From a virus (taxonomy: Duplodnaviria > Caudoviricetes), in the IMG/VR virus record IMGVR_UViG_3300048855_000177, positions 1 through 48,817 of that record: a stretch of DNA of 48,817 bases; one strand, 5' to 3'. Made by a program: the position numbers and the translations under genes. Shown one piece after another: positions 1-8,227 of this stretch. Position 1 is the stretch's first letter, and each line of letters opens with the position of its first letter. The notes under the pieces were generated by a model. The model ran no database searches. It saw nothing but the letters and a program-made list of their open reading frames with translations, and was not told where the DNA came from.

Positions 1-114
1 TGTCGCTCCCCAGTTCATTGGATCATATGATCCTATGGCAATCCCTGGAAGCCAGATGGCGAGGCTGTCCGCGCGCAAGACTGCTGACACCCAAGGCCGC
101 TGCTATGAAGCTTT

Positions 115-528
115 TTACTTCGGTCGCTTCGCCTCTGATCTGAAAAGCCCCGTGACCACGATTCCCACCAAGCCGATAGCACTAACCGCGGTGCTCCCGA
201 CAACGACTGTCAGTGCTGCTTGTGGTAATTCGAACCCGCAAATCTTCCAGCCAGAGAGCAGCAGCACTGCTGCCGCAAATGCGGAGTAAGTGATGAGGTA
301 GATAAAGACTGCTTTCGCGTAGTCTCGGCGCATTCGCCTGTTGACGCGCAGATCCCGGTTCGACTCTGATATTGACGCGATCTCGGCGCGGCTGCGCGCC
401 TGCGAGACCGCCGCCTCTTCCTGCCGGTCTCTATCGTCCTTACCTTGTTTGCGATCTACGCGTCCAACACCAGCAGAAATGGCGTCGGGTGAGACCGTTT
501 TGGCCTTGCGGGACGGGCCTGTGGTCAT
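115..528 (-). CDS. Two-TM membrane protein, putative PanT-type toxin
   Basis: Charged N-terminus then two hydrophobic segments (AVFIYLITYSAFAAAVLLL; ALTVVVGSTAVSAIGLVGIVVTGLF); ATGA overlap with the upstream Panacea gene. Confidence 0.65.
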   Translation of the reverse strand: MTTGPSRKAKTVSPDAISAGVGRVDRKQGKDDRDRQEEAAVSQARSRAEIASISESNRDLRVNRRMRRDYAKAVFIYLITYSAFAAAVLLLSGWKICGFELPQAALTVVVGSTAVSAIGLVGIVVTGLFRSEAKRPK

Positions 529-1037
529 GCTTGCGGAGTGTCTGCCAAACGGATGAAGTACTCTTGAATGGCATTATTTGAGACGGGGCGATTGCGCCCC
601 GGCTCGAACACATTGGTCCACGGCGTGCCTGGCTCATGAGTCAGGGCGGACAGCTTATGAGCGGGAAAACGACCGTAGTTGGCCCAGACGCGATCGACCA
701 CGTCGGACTCTTTCTCGTCGAGCTCTTCGAATGCATCTTCCGTAAAGTCGAGATCATCCGCAAACGGGGAATCGTCTCCCCACCTGATCGGCCGACTGAC
801 CGGACCAGAGCCATACCGACGCAGCGCTTGGTACAGCTTGCGCTCGACAGGCCCGAACTCCCAGGCTTCAAATTCGTCTTCAATAAGAGGCTCGCCAGTC
901 ACAGCGAGGCACCACCCGTGCGCTAGATACACGAGCTTCTGCAACTGCATTTGAGTTAAGCGGCGACCGTCGGATTTGGCACGCCGCAAAAACTCATTCG
1001 CTATGGCCAAAGGCGAGTGCATACCCCAGATTACCAC
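525..1037 (-). CDS. panA: Panacea-domain (DUF4065/SocA/GepA) antitoxin
   Basis: Family motifs IANEFL...LTQMQLQKLVYLAHGW...FEAWEFGPV...LSALTH..GTPW; alternative start ATG at 1022. Confidence 0.9.
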   Translation of the reverse strand: MVIWGMHSPLAIANEFLRRAKSDGRRLTQMQLQKLVYLAHGWCLAVTGEPLIEDEFEAWEFGPVERKLYQALRRYGSGPVSRPIRWGDDSPFADDLDFTEDAFEELDEKESDVVDRVWANYGRFPAHKLSALTHEPGTPWTNVFEPGRNRPVSNNAIQEYFIRLADTPQA

Positions 1038-1064
1038 ATTGGCGCGGAAACCACGAACGGCGCT

Positions 1065-1093
1065 AAGATACTGTTACTCCAACGTATTTTCAA
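1065..1093 (-). promoter_or_regulatory. Sigma70-like promoter of the Panacea operon
   Basis: Minus strand reads TTGAAA-N17-TATCTT just upstream of the antitoxin gene. Confidence 0.6.
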
Positions 1094-1195
1094 GGCGCTT
1101 GGCAGTCTAGATAAGCGTGCCTCCGAATCGCAACAAGATTGCGAGAGTTCCGCGCTCTTGAGCAAAGACGGCCAGCCCGATCCCAGCTCCTCTAG

Positions 1196-1528
1196 CTAGG
1201 CGGTATGACCGGGTTTATTATTCTCGGGGATCTTCTTTTCGCGCTGTGGCGTCATCGTCGCAGGATCATCCTTCCCGGGCACTCCGCGCGGACCGAGTTC
1301 ATCCCGCTGGATGTCTTCTTCGCTCGGTCGGGGATCCGCGTCCGCCAACTGCCCGGAGCTCTCGCCGCCCGAGTACGGTTCGGCCGAGCCCAGGCCCGTT
1401 GCGTCATTCGGGCCAAGCGAACGGTCCTGCCCCTCTAGAAAAGCGCCTTTCGGTTGGGCGCCGGTAATCGTCGTTCCGTCTTTATCAGCTTTGGCCATCT
1501 TGTCCTCCATTGGAGGAACAAGTCTCAT
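1196..1528 (-). CDS. Small acidic, probably disordered hypothetical protein
   Basis: ORF with GGAGG RBS before MAKADKD (probable start ~1498); G/D/E/P-rich. Confidence 0.6.
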   Translation of the reverse strand: MRLVPPMEDKMAKADKDGTTITGAQPKGAFLEGQDRSLGPNDATGLGSAEPYSGGESSGQLADADPRPSEEDIQRDELGPRGVPGKDDPATMTPQREKKIPENNKPGHTA

Positions 1529-1796
1529 CGCAATATGACGTTCCAGGGTACCGTCAGCAACAACGAGCCGCCTTCACTTCGAGCTCTCAGGGTGACCCTC
1601 GCCAAGCCTTCTCAAGTGCTCGTCGGTGCTTGAGCATGGGTTGGGTCCCGCTCCAATGCAGGGGCTGAGAAGAGCGGGACCGCCCCGCGCCATGTGCCTC
1701 AGAGGCGCGTGCGGTAAGGCGAGATTGGCCGCCTGGTTCCCGCCGCTGAGCTGATGCCCTTGTCTCCCGAGTCCAGCGTTGACTCTGGATGGGAAT

Positions 1797-1811
1797 GTTC
1801 TCTATTTGTTC
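1797..1811 (+). promoter_or_regulatory. Alphaproteobacterial LexA (SOS) box overlapping a sigma70 promoter
   Basis: GTTC-TCTATTT-GTTC matches GTTC-N7-GTTC; TTGACT (-35) at 1779-1784 with the -10 region inside the box. Confidence 0.8.
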
Positions 1812-1832
1812 GAGAGAGTGGAGAGCTTGAAC

Positions 1833-2249
1833 ATGGCGAGCCGACGTTGCGCAGAATGGCGCCTTCCGACTGAAAAGCAGGCTAGATCGGAAGCGATTGC
1901 GCGTCGTATTCAGGATGCGGCTGCCACCCCGCCCACGCCGGCTGTAGGCCCGGCCGACCCAATCCCCGAGGATTACTGGAATTCAGTGCTTTCGGATCCG
2001 CACGCCAGCGCACGGTCAGGCGTGCCGATCCAAAACCGCCGGCTGTCCGAAATACCGCGGCACATCTTGCGCGTGACGTGTAGGCGTTGCGATCGCATTG
2101 TCGAAATCCAGACCGCCGATGCAGTCCGCCTCTATGGTGGCCGCGCCAGCTGGAAAGAGGTCGGGCAGCGGCTGCTCGACAACGGTTGCGGACAGCGGAC
2201 CGGAAGCCACGAGGACGACGGCTGCTGGCCGTCTTACGGCACGCCGTGA
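1833..2249 (+). CDS. Hypothetical protein with C-terminal zinc-binding motif
   Basis: GGAG RBS before ATG 1833; CRRC plus two C-terminal Cys (NGCG...GCWP). Confidence 0.65.
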   Translation: MASRRCAEWRLPTEKQARSEAIARRIQDAAATPPTPAVGPADPIPEDYWNSVLSDPHASARSGVPIQNRRLSEIPRHILRVTCRRCDRIVEIQTADAVRLYGGRASWKEVGQRLLDNGCGQRTGSHEDDGCWPSYGTP

Positions 2250-2250
2250 C

Positions 2251-2694
2251 ATGTCTCCGAAGCGGCATCCCACGCTCATGTCCGGCGGCGATCGCGAGGC
2301 GCTGACCAAAGAACTGCGCAAGGCGCGCGGTGTCACCCTTATGCTGGCCCGCCAATCTGAGGAGCTGAGGGGCAAAGGCGAGGCCCTGATCCGCGAGGCC
2401 GACAAGCTGGCCTGCGAAAGCTGGAATGAACGCATGTGGGCGGACGGTGAGCCTATCGACCCGTCGCCTACGATTGACCAGGCCATCAATGGCGGCTTTC
2501 CGTGGCTGCAGGTCGAGTGCAGCCGCTGCAGAACGCCGCGCGACATCGACATGACAGCGCTGGGCACCCCGCCGACGACCTTTGTCCACGATCTAGCGGA
2601 ACGGCTGCGGTGCCAGAAATGCGCGAAATTCAACAAGCGGCCGGCGGCGACTTTGCTGCCGCTTGCGCACTCCGCGCGGCACGCGGCAGAATGA
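2251..2694 (+). CDS. Zinc-ribbon hypothetical protein
   Basis: Starts 1 nt after previous stop; CSRC...CQKC motif. Confidence 0.7.
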   Translation: MSPKRHPTLMSGGDREALTKELRKARGVTLMLARQSEELRGKGEALIREADKLACESWNERMWADGEPIDPSPTIDQAINGGFPWLQVECSRCRTPRDIDMTALGTPPTTFVHDLAERLRCQKCAKFNKRPAATLLPLAHSARHAAE

Positions 2695-2698
2695 CCGC

Positions 2699-3418
2699 AT
2701 GTGCAACTTGTACTCCATGACCAAGAACCAGGCCGCCATCCGGCAGCTGTTCGCCGTCACGCGCGACAGCGCTGGCAACCTTCCCTCCATGCCCGGCATC
2801 TTCCCGGACTACCCGGCGCCGATCGTCAGCAACGCCGACGGTGGCCGCGAGCTCGCGATGGCCCGGTGGGGCATGCCCTCGTCGTCGAAGGCCCTGAAGG
2901 ACGCCACCGCCAAGCGCGCGGCGAAGCTCGAGGCCAAAGGCAAGACGGTCGACTTCAAGGAGCTTCTGCGGATGGAGCCCGACGGCGGCACGACGAACAT
3001 ACGCAACACCTCGAGCAAGCACTGGAAGCGGTGGCTCGGCGTCGAGAACCGCTGCATCGTGCCGATGTCGTCCTTCAGCGAGTTCAACCGAGACGCCGGC
3101 GGCGACATCTGGTTCGCCCTCGACGAGAGCCGGCCGTTGGTCTGCTTCGCCGGCATGTGGACCAACTGGACGTCAGTCCGGAAGGTCAGCGAGGGCGAGA
3201 CCACCAACGATCTCTTCGCATTTCTGACCACCGAGCCGAACGCCGAAGTCGGTGCCATCCATCCCAAGGCGATGCCGGTGATCCTGCGCACATCTGAGGA
3301 GGCGGACGTTTGGTTGCGCGCGCCATGGGACGAGGCCAAAGCGCTGCAGCGGCCCCTACCCGACGGATCGCTGCAAATCATTGCTCGCGGCGTTAAAAAG
3401 GACGGTGCGGACGCCTGA
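2699..3418 (+). CDS. SOS response-associated peptidase (SRAP/YedK/HMCES family, abasic-site protection)
   Basis: N-terminal MCN (catalytic Cys2), ARWGM, RCIVP..SFSE, TTEPN...[10 protein letters not shown]. Confidence 0.92.
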   Translation: MCNLYSMTKNQAAIRQLFAVTRDSAGNLPSMPGIFPDYPAPIVSNADGGRELAMARWGMPSSSKALKDATAKRAAKLEAKGKTVDFKELLRMEPDGGTTNIRNTSSKHWKRWLGVENRCIVPMSSFSEFNRDAGGDIWFALDESRPLVCFAGMWTNWTSVRKVSEGETTNDLFAFLTTEPNAEVGAIHPKAMPVILRTSEEADVWLRAPWDEAKALQRPLPDGSLQIIARGVKKDGADA

Positions 3419-3474
3419 CAAGGAACGGATCGTTCTCGAATGAATCGAGTCGGCAGTAGCGTTTGGAGTTGCGT

Positions 3475-3764
3475 ATGTCGTGGGATAGCCCCTTGCCTGC
3501 ACCCATCCCGGTGCCGGGCGCCAAGCCATTGGTGACCCTACGGGATGCCGCCTTGCTGATTCAGGAGTTGCCGGAAGCCCAGGCCGACCGGCCCGTTGGC
3601 AGACAGCGATCGGGGCCCTCATGCTGGCAGCCGAAGAGCGCGGACCGCTAATGCATGCTCAGGTCGGCGTGATGAAGGCGCTGCACCCGCGAGACCCCGT
3701 CTACGACACCAGCCGCAAAGATCCCGTCTGGCGGAACAGCCGAAAACTTGTGAGGGACCGATGA
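3475..3764 (+). pseudogene. Frameshifted small hypothetical protein gene
   Basis: MSWDSPLPAPIPVPGAKPLVTLRDAA... continues in the -1 frame from ~3593 as RWQTAIGALMLAAE...RKLVRDR*, whose stop overlaps the next ATG. Confidence 0.6.
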
Positions 3765-3958
3765 GCGAGCGCGAAGACATTGCTCGGCTGATCATAAGCA
3801 TCAGCAAAGCGCGCAGTCTGCTCAGCCAGTATATCGAGCCAGGGCCGCGCAACGCTGTTGATACGGTTGATCGCTTGATTGATGTGCTCGACGACCGCGA
3901 ATTCGTAGCGACATTGGACCGGCTGAACCGAAGGCAGGTCATCCGCCTGGTCGAATAG
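3761..3958 (+). CDS. Hypothetical protein (65 aa)
   Basis: GAGGGA RBS, ATGA overlap, MSEREDIARLII... Confidence 0.6.
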   Translation: MSEREDIARLIISISKARSLLSQYIEPGPRNAVDTVDRLIDVLDDREFVATLDRLNRRQVIRLVE

Positions 3959-3976
3959 CCCACCCGGATCAAACGC

Positions 3977-4010
3977 AAAAAGCCGCCCGGGCTCGACACC
4001 GGACGGCTTT
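3977..4010 (-). terminator. Rho-independent terminator ending the late/lysis operon (possibly bidirectional)
   Basis: AAAAAGCCGCCCGG-loop-CCGGACGGCTTT hairpin between convergent genes; G-U pair and U-tract on the minus strand. Confidence 0.7.
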
Positions 4011-4096
4011 CAGATGCGATTGTCGGACCCAGCCCGATTCCATCTCATGGCGGCAGGCTGCGGGAGCCGGCCAAGATGGTCAACCTAAGGCTCCGG

Positions 4097-4489
4097 CTAT
4101 TCCACAGTCACGCGCGCCAGCCCGCCCATCCCGATCGCGCGCGCCGCGGCGTGGCTGAGATCGATGCATCGGCCGCGCACAAAGGGTCCGCGGTCATTGA
4201 TGCGAACCGAGACGCTGCGGCCATTGGCCCTGTTCGTGACCGTGACGTGGCTGCCGAAGCGCCTGGTGCGATGGGCGGCCGTTAGGGCGTGGGTGTTGAA
4301 ACGCTCGCCCGAGGCCGTCCGGCGGCCATTGTAGCCGTCTCCGACGCCGTAGTGGCTGGCCGTGCAGCTTTCGACCCGGGTCATGGTGACGTCGATTGAG
4401 CGGACGCCGGCAAAGATGTCCTGCGCGGACGCAGGCATGGTGAATAGCGCGCACAGCAAAGCTGCCGCAAAGAAGCGGATCAGGGACAT
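4097..4489 (-). CDS. RlpA-like (DPBB) lytic transglycosylase with signal peptide
   Basis: ASHYG...[53 protein letters not shown]. Confidence 0.9.
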   Translation of the reverse strand: MSLIRFFAAALLCALFTMPASAQDIFAGVRSIDVTMTRVESCTASHYGVGDGYNGRRTASGERFNTHALTAAHRTRRFGSHVTVTNRANGRSVSVRINDRGPFVRGRCIDLSHAAARAIGMGGLARVTVE

Positions 4490-4506
4490 TGGTCTTCCGA
4501 TTCTGA

Positions 4507-4860
4507 TTATGTATGGGACGGGGTGATGCGGCTTTCGAGGAGCCGGTCGAGGCGGGACGTGATGCCTTTCAGGTCCTGCCGAAGGTCGTCGAACTGCGCT
4601 TCATGGCGAAGCGTGAGCTGCTCGAGATCCTTGTGATTGACGAATTCCTTTTCGGCATAGCGCTGAAATGTCGAAAGCTCGGCTTGGAGCGTATCGATCT
4701 TCAGATTGGCCTGAACGCCCCGGAGGCCGGCGGCGCTGGCCTCTGTTTTCGCTTCCGTGATCTGTCGCTGCATGTTCATCCAAAATGCTGCAAAGCCGAT
4801 TGAACAACTGACACAGGCGAAAGCGGCCCCGAGTGCGGCCCAGGCAAGTCCATTTTCCAT
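4507..4860 (-). CDS. N-terminal TM plus coiled-coil lysis-module protein (holin/antiholin candidate)
   Basis: One TM helix followed by heptad-rich region; GGAGGG RBS; located in lysis cassette. Confidence 0.55.
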   Translation of the reverse strand: MENGLAWAALGAAFACVSCSIGFAAFWMNMQRQITEAKTEASAAGLRGVQANLKIDTLQAELSTFQRYAEKEFVNHKDLEQLTLRHEAQFDDLRQDLKGITSRLDRLLESRITPSHT

Positions 4861-5013
4861 TCCCTCCGCTCCTTAATTAACCAAGAGCGGATTTCGGCCC
4901 ACGCTTTTTCGGAGTTTCGTGATCTGATGTACGCCGGCCATCGTCAGTCCCCTTTCACGGGCTGGTGGTGGTCAGGTCCGTCACCTTGTGCAACCAGGGT
5001 GGCGGGCCGCTCT

Positions 5014-5451
5014 CTAATAGACGCGTCGCGGATCCGACGGACGCAACAACTCATCAACGCGGTCGCGCGGCGGAGACGCCGGCGCAGGCTGTGCGGCTGG
5101 CACCGGTGGCACCAGGTACGGAACAGGCTCGATCGCCGGCTTCTGCCCGGTCACCCGATCCTTGATGCGGCGGATGATGCCGCGCTTCTTGGCCGGCGCC
5201 GGCGGTATCTTCACATCTGCTGTTCCGTCGATCGATGCTGGCCGAGTTGCCGGCCGCTTCCATCCGCACCCACCGACACCGCCCTCAACCTGACTATCAA
5301 TCCAGTCCTGATCATACGGCTTTTTGCCTTGAACCGCATACGCCGGCCGCTCGAAAATGCGACACTCCCCACCTTTGATTGAGGCCGGGCCCGTGGATGC
5401 GCAGCCGGAAAGCGCCAGCGCCGCAGCGATGATGATGAGCGCGCGCATCAT
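5014..5451 (-). CDS. Outer-membrane lipoprotein, o-spanin (Rz1)-like
   Basis: Lipobox LSGC after MMRALIIIAAALA; Pro-rich C-terminus; follows an i-spanin-like gene. Confidence 0.65.
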   Translation of the reverse strand: MMRALIIIAAALALSGCASTGPASIKGGECRIFERPAYAVQGKKPYDQDWIDSQVEGGVGGCGWKRPATRPASIDGTADVKIPPAPAKKRGIIRRIKDRVTGQKPAIEPVPYLVPPVPAAQPAPASPPRDRVDELLRPSDPRRVY

Positions 5452-5711
5452 ATGCACCTCCCCTCGACTTGATCCCACCGGCGGCCGGCGGCGCGGCACT
5501 GCTTGAAGACGGAACGCTTCGCCTCGGCCTGCGTAATGGCACGCTCGTCCTGCGCTGCGATATCGGAGATCGCCCGCTTATAGCCGGACTGATAGACCTT
5601 GTGGTGCCAGACGCCATAGATCGTGCCGAGCAGGAGGATCGGCCCGAAGATGGTAATCAGGCGCATTCCCCATCCGAGCGCTTTCCAGCCGACCATTGCC
5701 GCCGCAATCAT
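5448..5711 (-). CDS. i-spanin (Rz)-like membrane protein
   Basis: Single TM, helical periplasmic region, two C-terminal Cys; ATGA overlaps with endolysin and lipoprotein. Confidence 0.6.
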   Translation of the reverse strand: MIAAAMVGWKALGWGMRLITIFGPILLLGTIYGVWHHKVYQSGYKRAISDIAAQDERAITQAEAKRSVFKQCRAAGRRWDQVEGRCI

Positions 5712-6919
5712 TGTCTTGCTCCTGTGGTGACGGACTCGGTGATTTGATTGCCGGCCGAACGAAGGTTCAGGGCCAGAAAGATGAAGACGCCGCACAGCGC
5801 CAAGCCCCACACGATCGGCGGGACAGCGGTGACGTAGGACCATGCTGTCGATAGGAAGCCATGGTCCGTCGGGATGCTGTCGCGGTTGTCGGTGAAGAAG
5901 TCCCACGCTGCGCTGACATTCGTGCTGATCCAGTCCCAGACCGATGCGAACGCCGTGGTGACCGCTGCCCAAATCGCAGCCCAGAAGCCACGTTTGACCG
6001 GCACCGATTCCGGCGCCACCTCAGCAACCGTCTTTGGATCCGCCGCGGCGCGTGCTTCGGTGACCGGCCGCTTGAAGCCTTCACCCTTCGCCTCAGCAAC
6101 GTCCTCGAGCAAATCGGCTCGGATCGCTGCGAAGTCGTCATAGGAAGCAGGTGCCGAGGTGGCCGAGCTGTAGTCGTTAATGAAGCCAGCGATCGCACCA
6201 GCCGTCATGCCGCCCCACTTTCCAGATGGAATACCGGGACTATAATTCATTGCTTTGAGATCGGTCTGGATGGACAGTAACGCAGGATCGAAGTTCGCCG
6301 ACGGCTGGTGACCGCCAGCGTCTTCCGGCTCATCTTCGCCCAGCACGTCCGCCGGCGCGACGCCGCCCTGCTTGATCTGTTCGCCGACGCCAGCGAACCG
6401 CGCAGCACGCCCCACCACAGGCGGCGCCGAGCTCGGCTGCCGCCCGCCGTTGTCGACGAACTCGAAATGCATCCAGTCCGGCCGGCTCGAATACCAGCCG
6501 CCCCACATCGCACCCTGCCGGCAGAAGGCGTCCACCACGAACTGCGGCATGGTGCCCTTCTTGACCCCAAGCGCGTTCTCTCCGGCATTCAGATCGATCG
6601 CTGCGGCATAGGCGTGGTTCGACCATTTCGTCTTGGAGCCGCGCACGAGGCGATGATTGTAGGCGCCGGCATACTTGGAGACGCCAGCCGCATCGACCTT
6701 AGCCTGATCGTGCTGGCAATAGTCCCAGATCTCGTTCAGGGCAGCCAGTAGCGCAGGCGCGGCCTTCTTGTGGAATTGGATCGCCTTGACCCGCTTCCCC
6801 TCGTAATACATCGCAAACGGCGGGACGACCGGGACCATCTGGGACGCGATCTGCCCTTTGCCCGGGTCGCCATAGAATGCGTTTCGGGCAGCCTGCGTGT
6901 CTTTCGGCCATGCCGTCAT
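5708..6919 (-). CDS. Endolysin: M15 family peptidase, peptidoglycan-binding domain and C-terminal hydrophobic segments
   Basis: YNHR...SNHAYAAAIDL...DWMHFE zinc motifs; IQTDLKAMNY.PG...GKWGGMTAGAI PG-binding-like motif; two hydrophobic C-terminal stretches. Confidence 0.85.
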   Translation of the reverse strand: MTAWPKDTQAARNAFYGDPGKGQIASQMVPVVPPFAMYYEGKRVKAIQFHKKAAPALLAALNEIWDYCQHDQAKVDAAGVSKYAGAYNHRLVRGSKTKWSNHAYAAAIDLNAGENALGVKKGTMPQFVVDAFCRQGAMWGGWYSSRPDWMHFEFVDNGGRQPSSAPPVVGRAARFAGVGEQIKQGGVAPADVLGEDEPEDAGGHQPSANFDPALLSIQTDLKAMNYSPGIPSGKWGGMTAGAIAGFINDYSSATSAPASYDDFAAIRADLLEDVAEAKGEGFKRPVTEARAAADPKTVAEVAPESVPVKRGFWAAIWAAVTTAFASVWDWISTNVSAAWDFFTDNRDSIPTDHGFLSTAWSYVTAVPPIVWGLALCGVFIFLALNLRSAGNQITESVTTGARQ

Positions 6920-7028
6920 TGATTGGATCTCCCATGGGAAAGGGATCGCGGAACCGGAGGCGGTGCGCGATTGACTCTTGCTGTGGTGGAATCTGAGGGA
7001 CTAGGATTCGGCTTTCGGAGAACGGCCG

Positions 7029-7127
7029 ATGTGCATCCTGGAAAAGGTCTTGGTCGGTCTGGGCATCGCCGCGGCGGTCACCGCCGCAGCTTCAGGAACC
7101 CTGATGGTTCTGGCAGCGCTGGCCTAG
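7029..7127 (+). CDS. 32-aa hydrophobic peptide (not in ORF track)
   Basis: GGAG RBS at 7017-7020; MCILEKVLVGLGIAAAVTAAASGTLMVLAALA*. Confidence 0.45.
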   Translation: MCILEKVLVGLGIAAAVTAAASGTLMVLAALA

Positions 7128-7160
7128 GTGCCGCGCTCATGCATCAGCAGCGACAGATGG

Positions 7161-7189
7161 TTTACGCTAACAGCATTCGATTATAGGTT
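7161..7189 (+). promoter_or_regulatory. Sigma70-like promoter of the acyltransferase moron
   Basis: TTTACG-N17-TAGGTT upstream of GGGGAG RBS and ATG 7217. Confidence 0.5.
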
Positions 7190-7216
7190 AGCCGCCGACA
7201 GTCTACGGGGAGCGGC

Positions 7217-8227
7217 ATGGGAACTTTACGTTTTGCTTTGGCCGTAGTTGTGGCTCTATCTCACACAGGGACGGTGTTTTGGGGTTATAATACAGGTGTC
7301 GTTGCTGTCGTGTCGTTCTTCATGATCAGCGGCTATGTGATGGCCTTGCTGATCGAGCGGCACTACAATTCCATTGACCGCGTCGGATATTTTTACCTCG
7401 ACCGCGCAGCCCGTCTTTTTCCTCAATTCTGGCTCTACTGCTTATGTGGCGCCGCGCTACTCTGGTGGACAGGACACCGAGACGTTTTTTCCAACGGATG
7501 CAGCGCCGGCAAACTCGCATTAAACGCTCTTGCGATCCCATTGAATTTTTTCCAATTCGGAAATCTTGAGAGCTGCATGCTCATCCCGCCGGCTTGGAGT
7601 CTTGGGCTTGAAATGACCTTCTATTTGGTCGCCCCGTGGATTCTAATATTCTCGACTCTGAGATGGTTATCGCTTGCCGCATCTGTCACTGTTTTCGGGG
7701 CAGCGTACATCGGCGCGATCGACTCAGACATGTTCGGCTACCGGCTCCTGCCCGGCGTGCTATTCATTTTCTTAACCGGTGCTGCGTTTGAAAAAACAGA
7801 TACGACTTCCAGACTCATTCCACTTGCCGTGTGGACGCTAGCTACCGCTACCGCCGTATTTTCCCCGCCGAATGATCAGATCTCCCCGATGATGAAGGAG
7901 GTTCTTCTAGGCGTTATCATAGCGATACCCGCTCTTGCGATCACTCGTCGCTTACCACGGATGGAAGTTGACGAGTTTCTCGGAAACGTAAGTTACGGCC
8001 TCTTTCTAAACCATTTTATGATCATTTGGGTGCTACGACACTTTGGATACGAGCTCAGCTCAACATACTTCTTGCTGCTGTTCACTGCGTCAACGTGTTT
8101 GGCGACTACGTCGTTCTATCTTCTGGAGAAACCGACCATCGCACTTAGACGTCGGGTTCGCTCCCACCTAGCAAATCAGTCGTCCCTACCTCGTCTGTCA
8201 ATCCAACCGAATGTGCTGATGAAATAG
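7217..8227 (+). CDS. Acyltransferase family 3 (OafA/Oac-like polysaccharide O-acetyltransferase), moron
   Basis: LRFALA.VV.LSH, AVVSFFMISGY, YLDRAARLFP, WSLGLEMTFYL, GNVSYGLFLNH, SFYLLEKP; many TM helices; opposite strand and AT-richer than flanks. Confidence 0.92.
   Translation: MGTLRFALAVVVALSHTGTVFWGYNTGVVAVVSFFMISGYVMALLIERHYNSIDRVGYFYLDRAARLFPQFWLYCLCGAALLWWTGHRDVFSNGCSAGKLALNALAIPLNFFQFGNLESCMLIPPAWSLGLEMTFYLVAPWILIFSTLRWLSLAASVTVFGAAYIGAIDSDMFGYRLLPGVLFIFLTGAAFEKTDTTSRLIPLAVWTLATATAVFSPPNDQISPMMKEVLLGVIIAIPALAITRRLPRMEVDEFLGNVSYGLFLNHFMIIWVLRHFGYELSSTYFLLLFTASTCLATTSFYLLEKPTIALRRRVRSHLANQSSLPRLSIQPNVLMK

Noticed and set aside
3423-3435. GAAC-N5-GTTC palindrome as an SOS box
   Set aside because: Matches neither the alphaproteobacterial direct repeat (GTTC-N7-GTTC) nor the GAAC-N4-GTTC box
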